Source: a virus
Lineage: Duplodnaviria > Caudoviricetes
Strand: one strand, 5' to 3'
Virus record (IMG/VR): IMGVR_UViG_3300025892_000008
DNA: 64,000 nt
A program made the position numbers and the translations under genes. Below are positions 27,514-36,842 of the stretch, in pieces. Under the pieces are notes generated by a model. That model searched no databases, was not told the origin of the DNA, and worked only from the letters and a program-made list of their open reading frames with translations. How positions within the stretch are numbered: the stretch's first letter is position 1; each line of letters begins with the position of its first letter.

Positions 27514-28106
27514 GAACTTGAATGTAAAAACTTTACCGAAACGTTATTTCGATTCCACGTTTTTGGTAATTCCCAACTAGGATCGTTGTAAATTACAAAC
27601 TGCTTGTCAGGAAAATATTCAAAAACTTTTGCAATTTGATATTGCCAAAATGAATAATCAATAGGTTTTGATTTTTTAGAAGAATAATTGTTTGTACCTT
27701 TGTAGATATTATTGACTGTATTAGATTGACTAGGATATAGGTCAAACCCTAATAAAACAATTTCTTGTACTGGTAAATTTGCAGCCACAAGAACTGCATA
27801 AGGACCACTACCCCAATGTATAGGAGTATCTGCTTTTGTTTTACCTTTGTATGGTAGTTGAGGTACAAGATTTACTCTTGGATCTTCTTTTGAATAAAAA
27901 TTAATATAGTCCTGCCTAACATAAATTTTTGTATTTTTTGTGTTATCACTATCCAAAGATTCATCAACCATCCTTCTGTCGCAACATACAAGATGATCAA
28001 CATGTGTATCTCTGTGTAGAGCATTGCAACCGACTATTAGTCGTTCACCAAAACTCGAGAGATCTATTCCTTGTCTACTTTCGCCATTTCCTATTACTAG
28101 TGCCAT
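27510..28106 (-). CDS. GT42/Maf(DUF115)-like putative CMP-sugar-dependent glycosyltransferase
   Basis: N-terminal LVIGNGESRQGIDL...IVGCNAL resembles the GNGPS...RCN pattern of CstII/Maf proteins; IVLLGFD; TAAATA-N6-ATG start. Confidence 0.55.
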   Translation of the reverse strand: MALVIGNGESRQGIDLSSFGERLIVGCNALHRDTHVDHLVCCDRRMVDESLDSDNTKNTKIYVRQDYINFYSKEDPRVNLVPQLPYKGKTKADTPIHWGSGPYAVLVAANLPVQEIVLLGFDLYPSQSNTVNNIYKGTNNYSSKKSKPIDYSFWQYQIAKVFEYFPDKQFVIYNDPSWELPKTWNRNNVSVKFLHSSS

Positions 28107-28127
28107 GGCAGTTATTTAAATGGGTGT

Positions 28128-28961
28128 TTAGGTGATAGGTCCGAATGTGGTCCATAGACCAGGACCGCCTGCTTTAACACATACCCAACCTATAAATCTT
28201 CCTGATGTTGGATTGGTGTTCCACACAATGTCACCTTGATTGAATTGTCCGCCTGTTGGAGCAGCATTTCCTGATAAATGCTTCTTATTGTCAAACTTAA
28301 TAGCACCTCTTACGTGTAAGTCTACATCGCTATCTGGATTATTAACTCCAATAGCAAGTTTACCTTTGACTGAAACCTTTACTGGTGATGCATTTGGATT
28401 ACCTAATTCAATATCACCGCCTGCTTTAATTGCTACTCTGGTAGTACTATCTGTTTTTAATTCTAAATCGTGACTAGCAAATGTACCAACAAAACCTTTT
28501 ACAAAGTCTTCTGTACCAACCATTACTTCAATGCCGTCTTCTGCAACACTTAAAGCAGCATTTGGTTCTTCTGTTCCAATACCTAGTCTATCACTGTTAG
28601 CATCAAATATCAAATAGTTATTGATAGACATTCCGCCATCAACGATAAGTCCTTTTAGTTTTCCAACTTCTTTTAAATTACTTTTTGTAACATTATTACC
28701 TAATGTATCGTTACTTAGAACAACTTGATCGTCAATCTTTACATGTTTACCTTTAGCAATATTAATGTTTTCTGATGAGAATAAGTTATCATCTTGAAAG
28801 ACAAATTGTTTTGTGTAGTCTTTGCCAGTCCATAGCAATCCTTTTCCTGCTATCGGATCTTTAAATTTAATATGCTGCACACTATCTAGATTAGGTTCGT
28901 CCTGTGCTAGATCAGCCAGCGCCGCCGCTAATGCATCTAGTTTTTCTTGTTCAGTTGCCAT
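28128..28961 (-). CDS. Probable virion fibre/appendage protein
   Basis: RLGIGTEEPNAAL and LAIGVNNPDSDVDLHVRG fibre-type segments; C-terminal GDIVWN..P......GWVC...G.PG.W..FG. Confidence 0.55.
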   Translation of the reverse strand: MATEQEKLDALAAALADLAQDEPNLDSVQHIKFKDPIAGKGLLWTGKDYTKQFVFQDDNLFSSENINIAKGKHVKIDDQVVLSNDTLGNNVTKSNLKEVGKLKGLIVDGGMSINNYLIFDANSDRLGIGTEEPNAALSVAEDGIEVMVGTEDFVKGFVGTFASHDLELKTDSTTRVAIKAGGDIELGNPNASPVKVSVKGKLAIGVNNPDSDVDLHVRGAIKFDNKKHLSGNAAPTGGQFNQGDIVWNTNPTSGRFIGWVCVKAGGPGLWTTFGPIT

Positions 28962-29005
28962 TATTGTTGTCCTGTTTTACCATAGGTATTCGTGTTGTTG
29001 CTCAT
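28961..29005 (-). CDS. Candidate leaderless 14-aa upstream ORF coupled to the next gene
   Basis: TAAATA-N4-ATG; MSNNTNTYGKTGQQ; its stop overlaps the downstream start (TAATG at 28963-28959). Confidence 0.3.
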   Translation of the reverse strand: MSNNTNTYGKTGQQ

Positions 29006-29033
29006 ACTGTATTTATATAAAACAATAACAATG

Positions 29034-30323
29034 CTAATAAACGGCTATTAATAATGTTTCGGGATTAAGTCTACCATTCATCTTAATAGGAGTAGTAGTG
29101 ATTTTTTCCATCCAATTCTCAAATTTCTTACGAGTATTCAAGTCCTTAACTTCTTTTAGTTGTTCTAGAGGCTTTCTAAGCGTGTAAGAAACGCTGGTTT
29201 TGTCATTAAATCTTTGTAAAGTCTGTCCTTTGAGATGCAATCCGCTACCATCTCTCCCAGTGCCTAACGGATCTTCTACAGATGTGTAATATATACCTAG
29301 TTTACGTGTTTTTGAATTAAACACAACCAAGCAGTTTGCACCTATAAATTTGTGTGGTTGAACACTACTGATAGCATATTTGTCATCTGAAATTTTGTAT
29401 TTCAGTTTTTCTACTACTTTTTCAGGTGATTTAGCATGAACTTTGCGAGGCTTTCTATTTGCTTTAGACTCAGCAATAATAGCATCACATGCACCTTGCA
29501 CTGCTAGATAAAACTGATACATCTTCTTAATCTCTGATTTACTAAAAATACTGTATCCTTCTTTTAATTGGGTAGCATAGTCTTTTTCTTGTTCAGTCAT
29601 GTTTTTTGTGCTAGGAGGATTTAGTATTTCTTCATATTCTTTGATTAAAGGCTCGTAAAAGCTCTTTATCATTCTAGCATGCGGCTGCTTACAGTCTAGT
29701 CGACGTAGTTTTGTTGCCGGTTTAATCGCCTTAAAATCACTTATCTTACCTTCAATAAAGTCATCATGTGCCTCTTCTATAAACTCTGACATAAGATTTG
29801 CTGCCTGTCTAAGCCTTTCTTGTATACTAGGCACGTATTTTACTTTACCTACATTTTCTTTCTTTTCTTGTTCTTCTTTTTGCTTTTCAATCTTTTCTTC
29901 GTCCTGAGCTTCCCCTAAAGCAACAGCAATTCTACTTCTAATAAATTCTGTGACAGGTTTAAGTTCTCCACTAGTACCTGGTAGACTGTCCCAATAATCT
30001 GCTGCTGGTTTGTAAATGTCGGGCATGCCTTTATTAAGCATTCTACATGTAATAGCAGCAGTACCGCTTATTGTATAATCATTTACAGTTTTTGCTTTTT
30101 TTATTTCGTCTTTTGTGTAATCATTGGCTCCCATCCATTTCCAAACATCACCCATTAGATCGGAAGTCTTGTAATTATTGTAATACCATTGATGTGAGCC
30201 TTGGCGCTTGCGGTGAAACTCTTCCCCTGTAAGTTTGTCGTAATCATCCCATGACGGCTCTTGAAGTTTTGCCGCATTTCTAAAACGTTGCGCCGCTTTT
30301 GCTATTTTCTTTCTTCCAGCCAT
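29034..30323 (-). CDS. Phage hypothetical protein (429 aa), probably early-expressed
   Basis: Long ORF with SD and its own consensus sigma70 promoter. Confidence 0.75.
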   Translation of the reverse strand: MAGRKKIAKAAQRFRNAAKLQEPSWDDYDKLTGEEFHRKRQGSHQWYYNNYKTSDLMGDVWKWMGANDYTKDEIKKAKTVNDYTISGTAAITCRMLNKGMPDIYKPAADYWDSLPGTSGELKPVTEFIRSRIAVALGEAQDEEKIEKQKEEQEKKENVGKVKYVPSIQERLRQAANLMSEFIEEAHDDFIEGKISDFKAIKPATKLRRLDCKQPHARMIKSFYEPLIKEYEEILNPPSTKNMTEQEKDYATQLKEGYSIFSKSEIKKMYQFYLAVQGACDAIIAESKANRKPRKVHAKSPEKVVEKLKYKISDDKYAISSVQPHKFIGANCLVVFNSKTRKLGIYYTSVEDPLGTGRDGSGLHLKGQTLQRFNDKTSVSYTLRKPLEQLKEVKDLNTRKKFENWMEKITTTPIKMNGRLNPETLLIAVY

Positions 30324-30352
30324 GTCCTGTTTGCTCCTTCAACAAAAAATAA

Positions 30353-30381
30353 AGTATATGATGATATATATCATTTGTCAA
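30353..30381 (-). promoter_or_regulatory. sigma70 promoter with a 14-bp palindrome in the spacer
   Basis: TTGACA-17 nt-TATACT; ATGATATATATCAT at 30361-30374. Confidence 0.8.
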
Positions 30382-30416
30382 GAAAAAAGTTACGAAAAAG
30401 AATTAATATGATTAAT

Positions 30417-31073
30417 TTAGACTAAATCATGTGCTAACGGAAATATATCTGCTATAACTTTTGCACAAGCATGTGCAATGTCCATATGCTCTTTTTGTGT
30501 TCCGTTTGCACCACGTAGTTCAATGTAATGGATCCAACTACGTAAACTACCATTCATATATAATGTAGTTTTTGTAATACCTTCAGGCAGTACTTTTCGT
30601 GCTTGTTCTTTAGCAATACCTTTTTTAATTGCCCAATCATATTCTTTCTTGGCCCAATGCGCAACACGCATTTGTGCATGTAGCCAATCAAGTTGTAGTT
30701 TTTCATCGGCAACATCAATACTATTTTGTCTGTTCTTTAGATCTTGTAATCGTGCTTCACTGTATTCGAACATATCGCCTTGGTCTTCAGGATTAGCATA
30801 ACGCTGACTAAACTCTTGGAAGGCAAAACTTCTATGTCTTACAATTTGGTGTGCAATATCACGTGTAGTTTGAATTTCTAAACAAGCACTTACCATTTCT
30901 AAAGGTGACCAATGTGCGTGTTTGATTAGATATTTAATTAGTTTTTCACTAGTTTCCATATTCATCTGATTACTAGGATTGCTTACTCTAGCACAATAAG
31001 CAATTAGCTCTTGGCAGTCTTCAAGTCCTAGTTCATCAGGTGCTTTACTATATGAAATTAATTTAACTTGCAT
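30417..31073 (-). CDS. thyX: Flavin-dependent thymidylate synthase
   Basis: AYCARVS, HWSPLE, IAHQIVRHRSFAFQEFSQRY, KEQAR.VLP, GSLRSWIHYIELR...TQKEH. Confidence 0.96.
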   Translation of the reverse strand: MQVKLISYSKAPDELGLEDCQELIAYCARVSNPSNQMNMETSEKLIKYLIKHAHWSPLEMVSACLEIQTTRDIAHQIVRHRSFAFQEFSQRYANPEDQGDMFEYSEARLQDLKNRQNSIDVADEKLQLDWLHAQMRVAHWAKKEYDWAIKKGIAKEQARKVLPEGITKTTLYMNGSLRSWIHYIELRGANGTQKEHMDIAHACAKVIADIFPLAHDLV

Positions 31074-31074
31074 G

Positions 31075-31428
31075 TTATTGGTCCTCTTCTATCTCGCAAA
31101 GTTTTTCTAAATGTTTATAATGTTCGTATGCTTTTTGTAATGCTTCGAACTTTTCTAGTTTCTCAGGGTCTGGTACTAAAATGTTTAACCTATTCTCAAT
31201 TGCTTCTAATCGTTTGCGCATTGCACCTCCGACTTCATGATCCATGCTAGTATCCCCGAAGGTTATAGTTGGCTTATTGTATGACCATTCTGATCCTGTA
31301 TCGTTTGTATCTGATATGCTTATGCTGTAGGCAATATCTTCTGATGGAAGAATGCCACCGACGGTGCTGCCTGCACCGCCAGTGTATGTAGTATCAGACG
31401 AAAGAGTAAAATCTAAATCGTCGTCCAT
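31075..31428 (-). CDS. Phage hypothetical protein
   Basis: Acidic S/T-rich N-terminus and a C-terminal coiled coil. Confidence 0.65.
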   Translation of the reverse strand: MDDDLDFTLSSDTTYTGGAGSTVGGILPSEDIAYSISISDTNDTGSEWSYNKPTITFGDTSMDHEVGGAMRKRLEAIENRLNILVPDPEKLEKFEALQKAYEHYKHLEKLCEIEEDQ

Positions 31429-31430
31429 TA

Positions 31431-31625
31431 CTAACTCCCTTGCTTTTCTGCTTTACGGGCATTTTTAGTGTCAGTAATTTCTTTACGTCTTTCTTTGATT
31501 GCTTTTGTTAGTACCTGTAATGCTTTTCTAGCTCTTGTACCTGCTGCTCCATTACCTGCTTCGAATTTCTCATCTTCAGCAAGGAAATCTTCCATTGCTG
31601 TTTTGATTGCTTCTGTTTGTGACAT
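31431..31625 (-). CDS. Histone H1-like (Hc1-family) small nucleoid protein
   Basis: KFE.GN.AAGTRARKALQ.L.K..KERRKEI pattern. Confidence 0.75.
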   Translation of the reverse strand: MSQTEAIKTAMEDFLAEDEKFEAGNGAAGTRARKALQVLTKAIKERRKEITDTKNARKAEKQGS

Positions 31626-31669
31626 TTTCTGTTCTCCATTATTAATGTCATGTATTTAAACATAACACA

Positions 31670-31698
31670 ATTATATAAGTCTTTAATAGGACTGTCAA
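31670..31698 (-). promoter_or_regulatory. Consensus sigma70 promoter for the Hc1-hypothetical-thyX operon
   Basis: TTGACA(31698-31693)-17 nt-TATAAT(31675-31670). Confidence 0.85.
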
Positions 31699-31725
31699 CC
31701 ACAAAGGTGGTTAAATACGTATATA

Positions 31726-32787
31726 ATGACTCAGCAAATTTCCAAAGTAACCACAGTACATCTTGAACTCACGGACAAGTGCCAGGCTCAATGCCCTATG
31801 TGTGCTAGGAATTATCATGGTGGTCCAACAAGACCCTTTATCAAGAATGGCGATATGAGCATTGATGATTTTAAAAAATGGTTTCCGAAATCATTCCTTG
31901 GACAATTACAAAATTTTTATAGTTGTGGCAACTACGGTGATCCGGCATTTGCACGTGATTGTTTGGAAATCTATTCCTATGTAAGAGAATGCAATCCTAA
32001 TACTAGATTGGCACTACACACAAATGGCGGAATGCGCAACCCGGAATGGTGGGCTAAATTAGCCAAGGTGATAGGAACAGTATCATATAGCACGGTTGTG
32101 TTTGCTGTAGACGGATTCAAAGGCAAACATGAACTTTATAGAAGAAACACGAACTTTGATAAAGTTATAGAAAATATGAAAGCGTATATAGATGCTGGAG
32201 GCGAAGCAAGAGTTGATAGTTTAGTATTCAAACATAATGAGGATGAAACCGAAGAACTAAAAAGTTATCTTCTTGCCCTCGGAGTGAAGGAAGTTAATTT
32301 TATAAGCACTACTAGATTTTACGAAATGAAAAAATTTGAAGTGCTTGATCAAAATTTAAATACTGAATATTACCTGGAACCAGCACAAAAGAAAGAATTT
32401 ATAAAACACCCAAACGCAGAGCTTGTTAAATTACTTGATGAGAATTACAGAAAGGATGTGTTTAGATCAGCAAAAATATCACCTAGGTGTGTAAACGAAG
32501 ACGCAATATATGTTGACCCGTACGGAAACATAAATCCGTGCTGTTATATTGGTAGCGACTATCTGGAAGAACCTATTGAGGAAACACTGCCGATTCACAC
32601 TCTTAGAAATCAGAGCGTGTTGAATACAAGGGCAGTATTAGATGATATCGGACATTACACATGTCAGTCAGGCATACTAGGATCAGATGGATATCTTTTT
32701 ACAGGGTTGGACAAGTATTGGCATGGTGAAGACAAATGCATGACCTGTGTTAAGGCATGTTCAAATGCAATAGTGGAGCGCAAATGA
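31726..32787 (+). CDS. Radical SAM protein 1 with C-terminal SPASM/Twitch-like cysteines
   Basis: CQAQCPMC; CGNYGDP; C-terminal C...YVDPYG..NPCC...C..AC. Confidence 0.9.
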   Translation: MTQQISKVTTVHLELTDKCQAQCPMCARNYHGGPTRPFIKNGDMSIDDFKKWFPKSFLGQLQNFYSCGNYGDPAFARDCLEIYSYVRECNPNTRLALHTNGGMRNPEWWAKLAKVIGTVSYSTVVFAVDGFKGKHELYRRNTNFDKVIENMKAYIDAGGEARVDSLVFKHNEDETEELKSYLLALGVKEVNFISTTRFYEMKKFEVLDQNLNTEYYLEPAQKKEFIKHPNAELVKLLDENYRKDVFRSAKISPRCVNEDAIYVDPYGNINPCCYIGSDYLEEPIEETLPIHTLRNQSVLNTRAVLDDIGHYTCQSGILGSDGYLFTGLDKYWHGEDKCMTCVKACSNAIVERK

Positions 32788-33770
32788 GTTTTACTCTAAT
32801 ACCCTTTGACAATATAGTTAAGTTTGGTCAGTCCACTATGATTGAACGTCCTTTGTTTAATGTTAGTTGGATACTGGGTAGATTTTGTAATTACAAGTGT
32901 TCCTATTGTTGGCCATATGCCAATACCGATACACCTGATCATCAAGACTTTGAAGTATACACAAACGCAATTGATGAAATAAAACGCCAAGCGAGAGAAA
33001 ACGGATTTACTGAATTTCATTTTAGTTTTAGTGGTGGAGAACCAACAGCATATAAAAAGTTTGGTGATCTAGTTGAGTACTATGCTAACGACAATGAGGC
33101 TAAGTATCAAAGCATACACCTTACAACGAATTTAAGTCCGGGTGAAAAATGGTGGGCAAGATTTATAAACAACACCAGCCACTTGACACGTCGTAGTATC
33201 ACTGCAAGTTATCATGCAGAGTTTGCAAATGAACAAGACTTTGGAGATAGATGTTTACAACTCATAGAAGGAGGAGTATTTGTTACAATTAATCAAGTTA
33301 TGGTTCCTGAATACTTTGAAGAATATTATGAACGTTGCAGTAGATTCGCAGACAAAGGAATTAACGTCACTCTTAAACCGCAGTCCGATCCTACCGCGTC
33401 TAGAATAGTAGACGGTTATACTGATGAACAAATTGACAAGTTACAAACAGGCTTTCCACAGAATTGGAATGGCGAGCAAATTATGCAAATGTATCTAGAA
33501 GATGCTAAAGGTAATGATTACGGATTGGATCAAGCAGAAAGAATGAATGCATTTAACTTTAATAAGTTTAAAGATTGGACATGCGCAGCAGGCTATCAAA
33601 GTTGCGTTATAAGAGGGGTGGAAGTTAAAAGAGCATATAGTTGTGCGGAAGAGCCTTTAGGCACGCTTACAGAGGGTTTTACGCTGTTTAAAGCACCATC
33701 TAAATGCATTACTAGCACTTGTGTAAGCAGTGCAGACAGTAAAATACCAAAATGGAAAGAACATGAATAA
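32784..33770 (+). CDS. Radical SAM protein 2
   Basis: CNYKCSYC, SFSGGEPT, C-terminal CAAGY...C...C...C; ATGA overlap with the previous gene. Confidence 0.9.
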   Translation: MSFTLIPFDNIVKFGQSTMIERPLFNVSWILGRFCNYKCSYCWPYANTDTPDHQDFEVYTNAIDEIKRQARENGFTEFHFSFSGGEPTAYKKFGDLVEYYANDNEAKYQSIHLTTNLSPGEKWWARFINNTSHLTRRSITASYHAEFANEQDFGDRCLQLIEGGVFVTINQVMVPEYFEEYYERCSRFADKGINVTLKPQSDPTASRIVDGYTDEQIDKLQTGFPQNWNGEQIMQMYLEDAKGNDYGLDQAERMNAFNFNKFKDWTCAAGYQSCVIRGVEVKRAYSCAEEPLGTLTEGFTLFKAPSKCITSTCVSSADSKIPKWKEHE

Positions 33771-34500
33771 GTTTGGAATATTAGGATATGGATATGTTGG
33801 CAAGGCAACGCACAAAGGTCTGCTAAAGGATGCCAAGGCAATTGTGTATGATACAATGTTTGATGTTGACAAGAGCATTATATACGCTGCCGACACGGTG
33901 TTTATCTGTATTCCTACTAATACGGAGCAGGACATTGACATCATAATTGATGAAATAACTTACCTACAACTAAAAAACCCCAAGGTATCTATTATCATTA
34001 GAAGCACACTACCACTAGGGTCTTGCGAAAGGATACAGAAAGCAGTTGGACCTATAATATACATTCCAGAATTCCTAAGAGAAAGATACTGGGACACAGA
34101 CTGCTTAAAGCGACCTCTGGTTGTGGGACACGATAAGTTAAAACTCCCCACTTGGTTATTGGATGAAGAAATACACGAGTGTACTACAAAGGAAGCAGAA
34201 CTTGTGAAAATGTTTTCTAACAATTTTGCAGTAATGAGAATAGCCTTTGCAAACGTGTTCTATGATCTCTCAGAAAGTGTGGGTGCAGATTACGATAACG
34301 TATTAAGTATGTGGAAACAGGTTCAGCAGAATCAGTCATACATGGAAGTTCCGGGACATGACGGAACGAGAGGCTTTGGCGGCAAGTGCTTGCCTAAGGA
34401 CCTAGACTTTCTAATCGAAACACTAGAAAAGCATAACATTAAACAGGAATGGTTTAAACACATAAGGGAACTGAATAAGTCATGGACAAAAAAGTCTTAG
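33763..34500 (+). CDS. UDP-glucose/GDP-mannose 6-dehydrogenase family, short form without the C-terminal domain
   Basis: GILGYGYVG, FICIPT, IRST, PEFLRE, AELVK.FSN.F, GFGGKCLPKD. Confidence 0.85.
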   Translation: MNKFGILGYGYVGKATHKGLLKDAKAIVYDTMFDVDKSIIYAADTVFICIPTNTEQDIDIIIDEITYLQLKNPKVSIIIRSTLPLGSCERIQKAVGPIIYIPEFLRERYWDTDCLKRPLVVGHDKLKLPTWLLDEEIHECTTKEAELVKMFSNNFAVMRIAFANVFYDLSESVGADYDNVLSMWKQVQQNQSYMEVPGHDGTRGFGGKCLPKDLDFLIETLEKHNIKQEWFKHIRELNKSWTKKS

Positions 34501-35357
34501 TAACAGGTGCCGCAGGATTGATAGGCAGGGAGTTGTGCAAACAACTCAAGGACAAGTTCTATGTGATTGGTGTTGACAACAATTTTAGATACGAAAATTA
34601 TAAGCCCGACTGCAACGAATTTATCAGCGAAAGCATATCGTCTTATCTAAGCAACACTAATAACGATTTTGATTATGTGTTTCACATGGGGAACATTAAT
34701 GGTACTAAGTATTTTTACGAAATACCCAACAGACTTGCAGAAAACAACGTAATTTGTGATTTTGCTGTTTTCGATTTTGTAAAAGAAAATCCTGATTGTA
34801 AATTAATATATGCGAGCAGCAGCGAAGTGGTAGCAGGCTCGGAAGAATTTCCAACACCTGAACTAACAGACATTACCATAAAGGATATACACAATCCAAG
34901 ATGGAGTTACCGATTGCCAAAGATACTAGGCGAAAACTTTTTGATGAATAGTGATCTAAATTTTCTTATAATAAGATTCTTTAACGCATTTGGTGCTGAT
35001 ACAGGCAGTGGACATTTTGTAAGAGATATACTGGACAAGATTGAGAGTGGAGATCATACCTTGATAGGAGCAGATGAAACACGTTCATTCTGTCGTGTGG
35101 AAGATTCTGTTGATGCAATAGTAAACATTTTTAAACTGGCAGGGCAACAGGTAGTTAACATTGGAAGCGATGAAGAAATAACGGTATTAGAAGCAGCAAA
35201 TATAATTGCAGCACATAAGAACAAAAGTATCGAATGGAACTGTGTTGCTGGTAAGCAAGGTAGCGTTAAGAGACGAAAGCCTGATCTTACTCTTTTAAGA
35301 AAATACTATCCTAAATTTAATCCTACAAAGTTTGCTGACGCAATACAAGATTTATAG
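34482..35357 (+). CDS. NAD-dependent nucleotide-sugar epimerase/dehydratase
   Basis: VLVTGAAGLIG, YASSSEV, RWSYRLPK (YxxxK), IIRFFN, TRSFC.V.D. Confidence 0.88.
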   Translation: MDKKVLVTGAAGLIGRELCKQLKDKFYVIGVDNNFRYENYKPDCNEFISESISSYLSNTNNDFDYVFHMGNINGTKYFYEIPNRLAENNVICDFAVFDFVKENPDCKLIYASSSEVVAGSEEFPTPELTDITIKDIHNPRWSYRLPKILGENFLMNSDLNFLIIRFFNAFGADTGSGHFVRDILDKIESGDHTLIGADETRSFCRVEDSVDAIVNIFKLAGQQVVNIGSDEEITVLEAANIIAAHKNKSIEWNCVAGKQGSVKRRKPDLTLLRKYYPKFNPTKFADAIQDL

Positions 35358-36212
35358 TTGTAGTATTTTAATTTTTTTAATTTTTGATTTTTCAGGAAGT
35401 GTAATTTTATTTTCCCATTTACACAAACGACATTGCTCTTGAGGTTCTAATCTTGTCTTTATCCAAGTTTCAAATTCTTCTGCACTACACCCAAGATCTT
35501 GTTTTGCAATGTCAGCAAACGGATCTTCTATTTGAAATTTTCTTGATAACTGAGGAAGTATTGCCTGTTGATGACAGCGATAAAATCTACCATCTACTAG
35601 ATACATACATTGTATAGCAGGACACTTAGAATGTTGATCATCTTTATCTCTAAGTTTATCCCAACTTAATTTATTACCTTTCTTCACAACAGCAGGGTTT
35701 TCGTAAAACTGCCATGCTTCTGTAATTTCACCTCTTTCAATTCCGTCAACAACAAGTTTATAATGCCACTCACCATCTTCGTGTCTAGTATCTTGGAATC
35801 GCTCGCAGGACACATCTGTCCACCTTTTGTTGACCCATGACATAACTGTGTCGAGGTCTTCTTTAGAATGAGCTGATATTTCTATTTTCCAATCACGCTC
35901 TATCCATTCAGGATACAATTCGTCAAATTTGTCTAAATCTCTTCCATTAGTGACTACCCACTTTTTAGCATTAGGCCACATGCTTTCCAAGTATGCCATC
36001 CATTCTCCTAGTGCAGGATTAGATGTAGGTTCTCCGCCTATAATAAAAACTTCTTCGAAGTCAACTTTATTCTGTAGGCCTTTTAATTTTTCCTTAGATG
36101 TATCTGGCTTAAAATGATTGCCCCAATTAAGATGATTAAACGTACAACAACTGTCACACGCCAAGGTACAGGTGTGAGTAATATAAACACTTAATTCAGG
36201 AAGAAGCAACAT
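35352..36212 (-). CDS. Radical SAM protein 3
   Basis: CTLACDSC, IIGGEP, VTNG, C-terminal C...C....YRC...CRLC; start set by TAAATA-N5-ATG. Confidence 0.88.
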   Translation of the reverse strand: MLLLPELSVYITHTCTLACDSCCTFNHLNWGNHFKPDTSKEKLKGLQNKVDFEEVFIIGGEPTSNPALGEWMAYLESMWPNAKKWVVTNGRDLDKFDELYPEWIERDWKIEISAHSKEDLDTVMSWVNKRWTDVSCERFQDTRHEDGEWHYKLVVDGIERGEITEAWQFYENPAVVKKGNKLSWDKLRDKDDQHSKCPAIQCMYLVDGRFYRCHQQAILPQLSRKFQIEDPFADIAKQDLGCSAEEFETWIKTRLEPQEQCRLCKWENKITLPEKSKIKKIKILQL

Positions 36213-36242
36213 ACTTCTATTTATAGCATATATATACATATG
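36210..36242. promoter_or_regulatory. Divergent phage promoters (TAAATA-N5-ATG on -, TATATA-N5-ATG on +)
   Basis: TATTTA at 36218-36223; TATATA at 36229-36234. Confidence 0.55.
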
Positions 36243-36842
36243 AAAGTAGAACTTGAAGATGTAGCATTTTGGATGGATGCAATTCGCAATAGCGATGATA
36301 GATACCGCACGCTGGAAAGTTTTTGGAAAGGCCAAATCAACAGTAAAGTTTGGTTAGTAGAAGCATTAGAAGAACTAAACATTAATAGTCCTCAAACAAT
36401 TGCTATACATGGAGGCTGGAATGGTTTATTGGCAAGTTTACTTTTCAACAGCAACTTAAATATACAACATATTACAAGTGTAGACATTGATCCTAAATGT
36501 AAAGAAACAGCAATAACAGTAAACAAGCGTCAGGAAATGCAAGGACGTTTCACAGCAGAAACAGCAGACATGTGTACTTACACAGAATTTGCAGATATTG
36601 TAATCAATACAAGTTGTGAACATATTACGCAGGAGCAGTACAACGAATGGCTTGAACGACAACAAAACTCGCTTATTGTATTACAAAGCAATAACTATTT
36701 TGAATTACAAGAGCATGTTAGATGTGCTAACGATTTAAATGAATTTATAAGTCAAAGTAATATAAAACCGTTTTTTAAAGGAACACTTGAAACACCTAAA
36801 TATACAAGATATATGATAATAGGGAAAAAACAAATTGGCTGA
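36240..36842 (+). CDS. Class I SAM-dependent methyltransferase-like protein
   Basis: IAIHGGWNG motif I, ITSVDIDP motif II, TADMC, IVINTSCEH. Confidence 0.75.
   Translation: MKVELEDVAFWMDAIRNSDDRYRTLESFWKGQINSKVWLVEALEELNINSPQTIAIHGGWNGLLASLLFNSNLNIQHITSVDIDPKCKETAITVNKRQEMQGRFTAETADMCTYTEFADIVINTSCEHITQEQYNEWLERQQNSLIVLQSNNYFELQEHVRCANDLNEFISQSNIKPFFKGTLETPKYTRYMIIGKKQIG

Noticed and set aside
28128-28961. Diversity-generating retroelement target
   Set aside because: No reverse transcriptase or template/variable repeat pair in the window.
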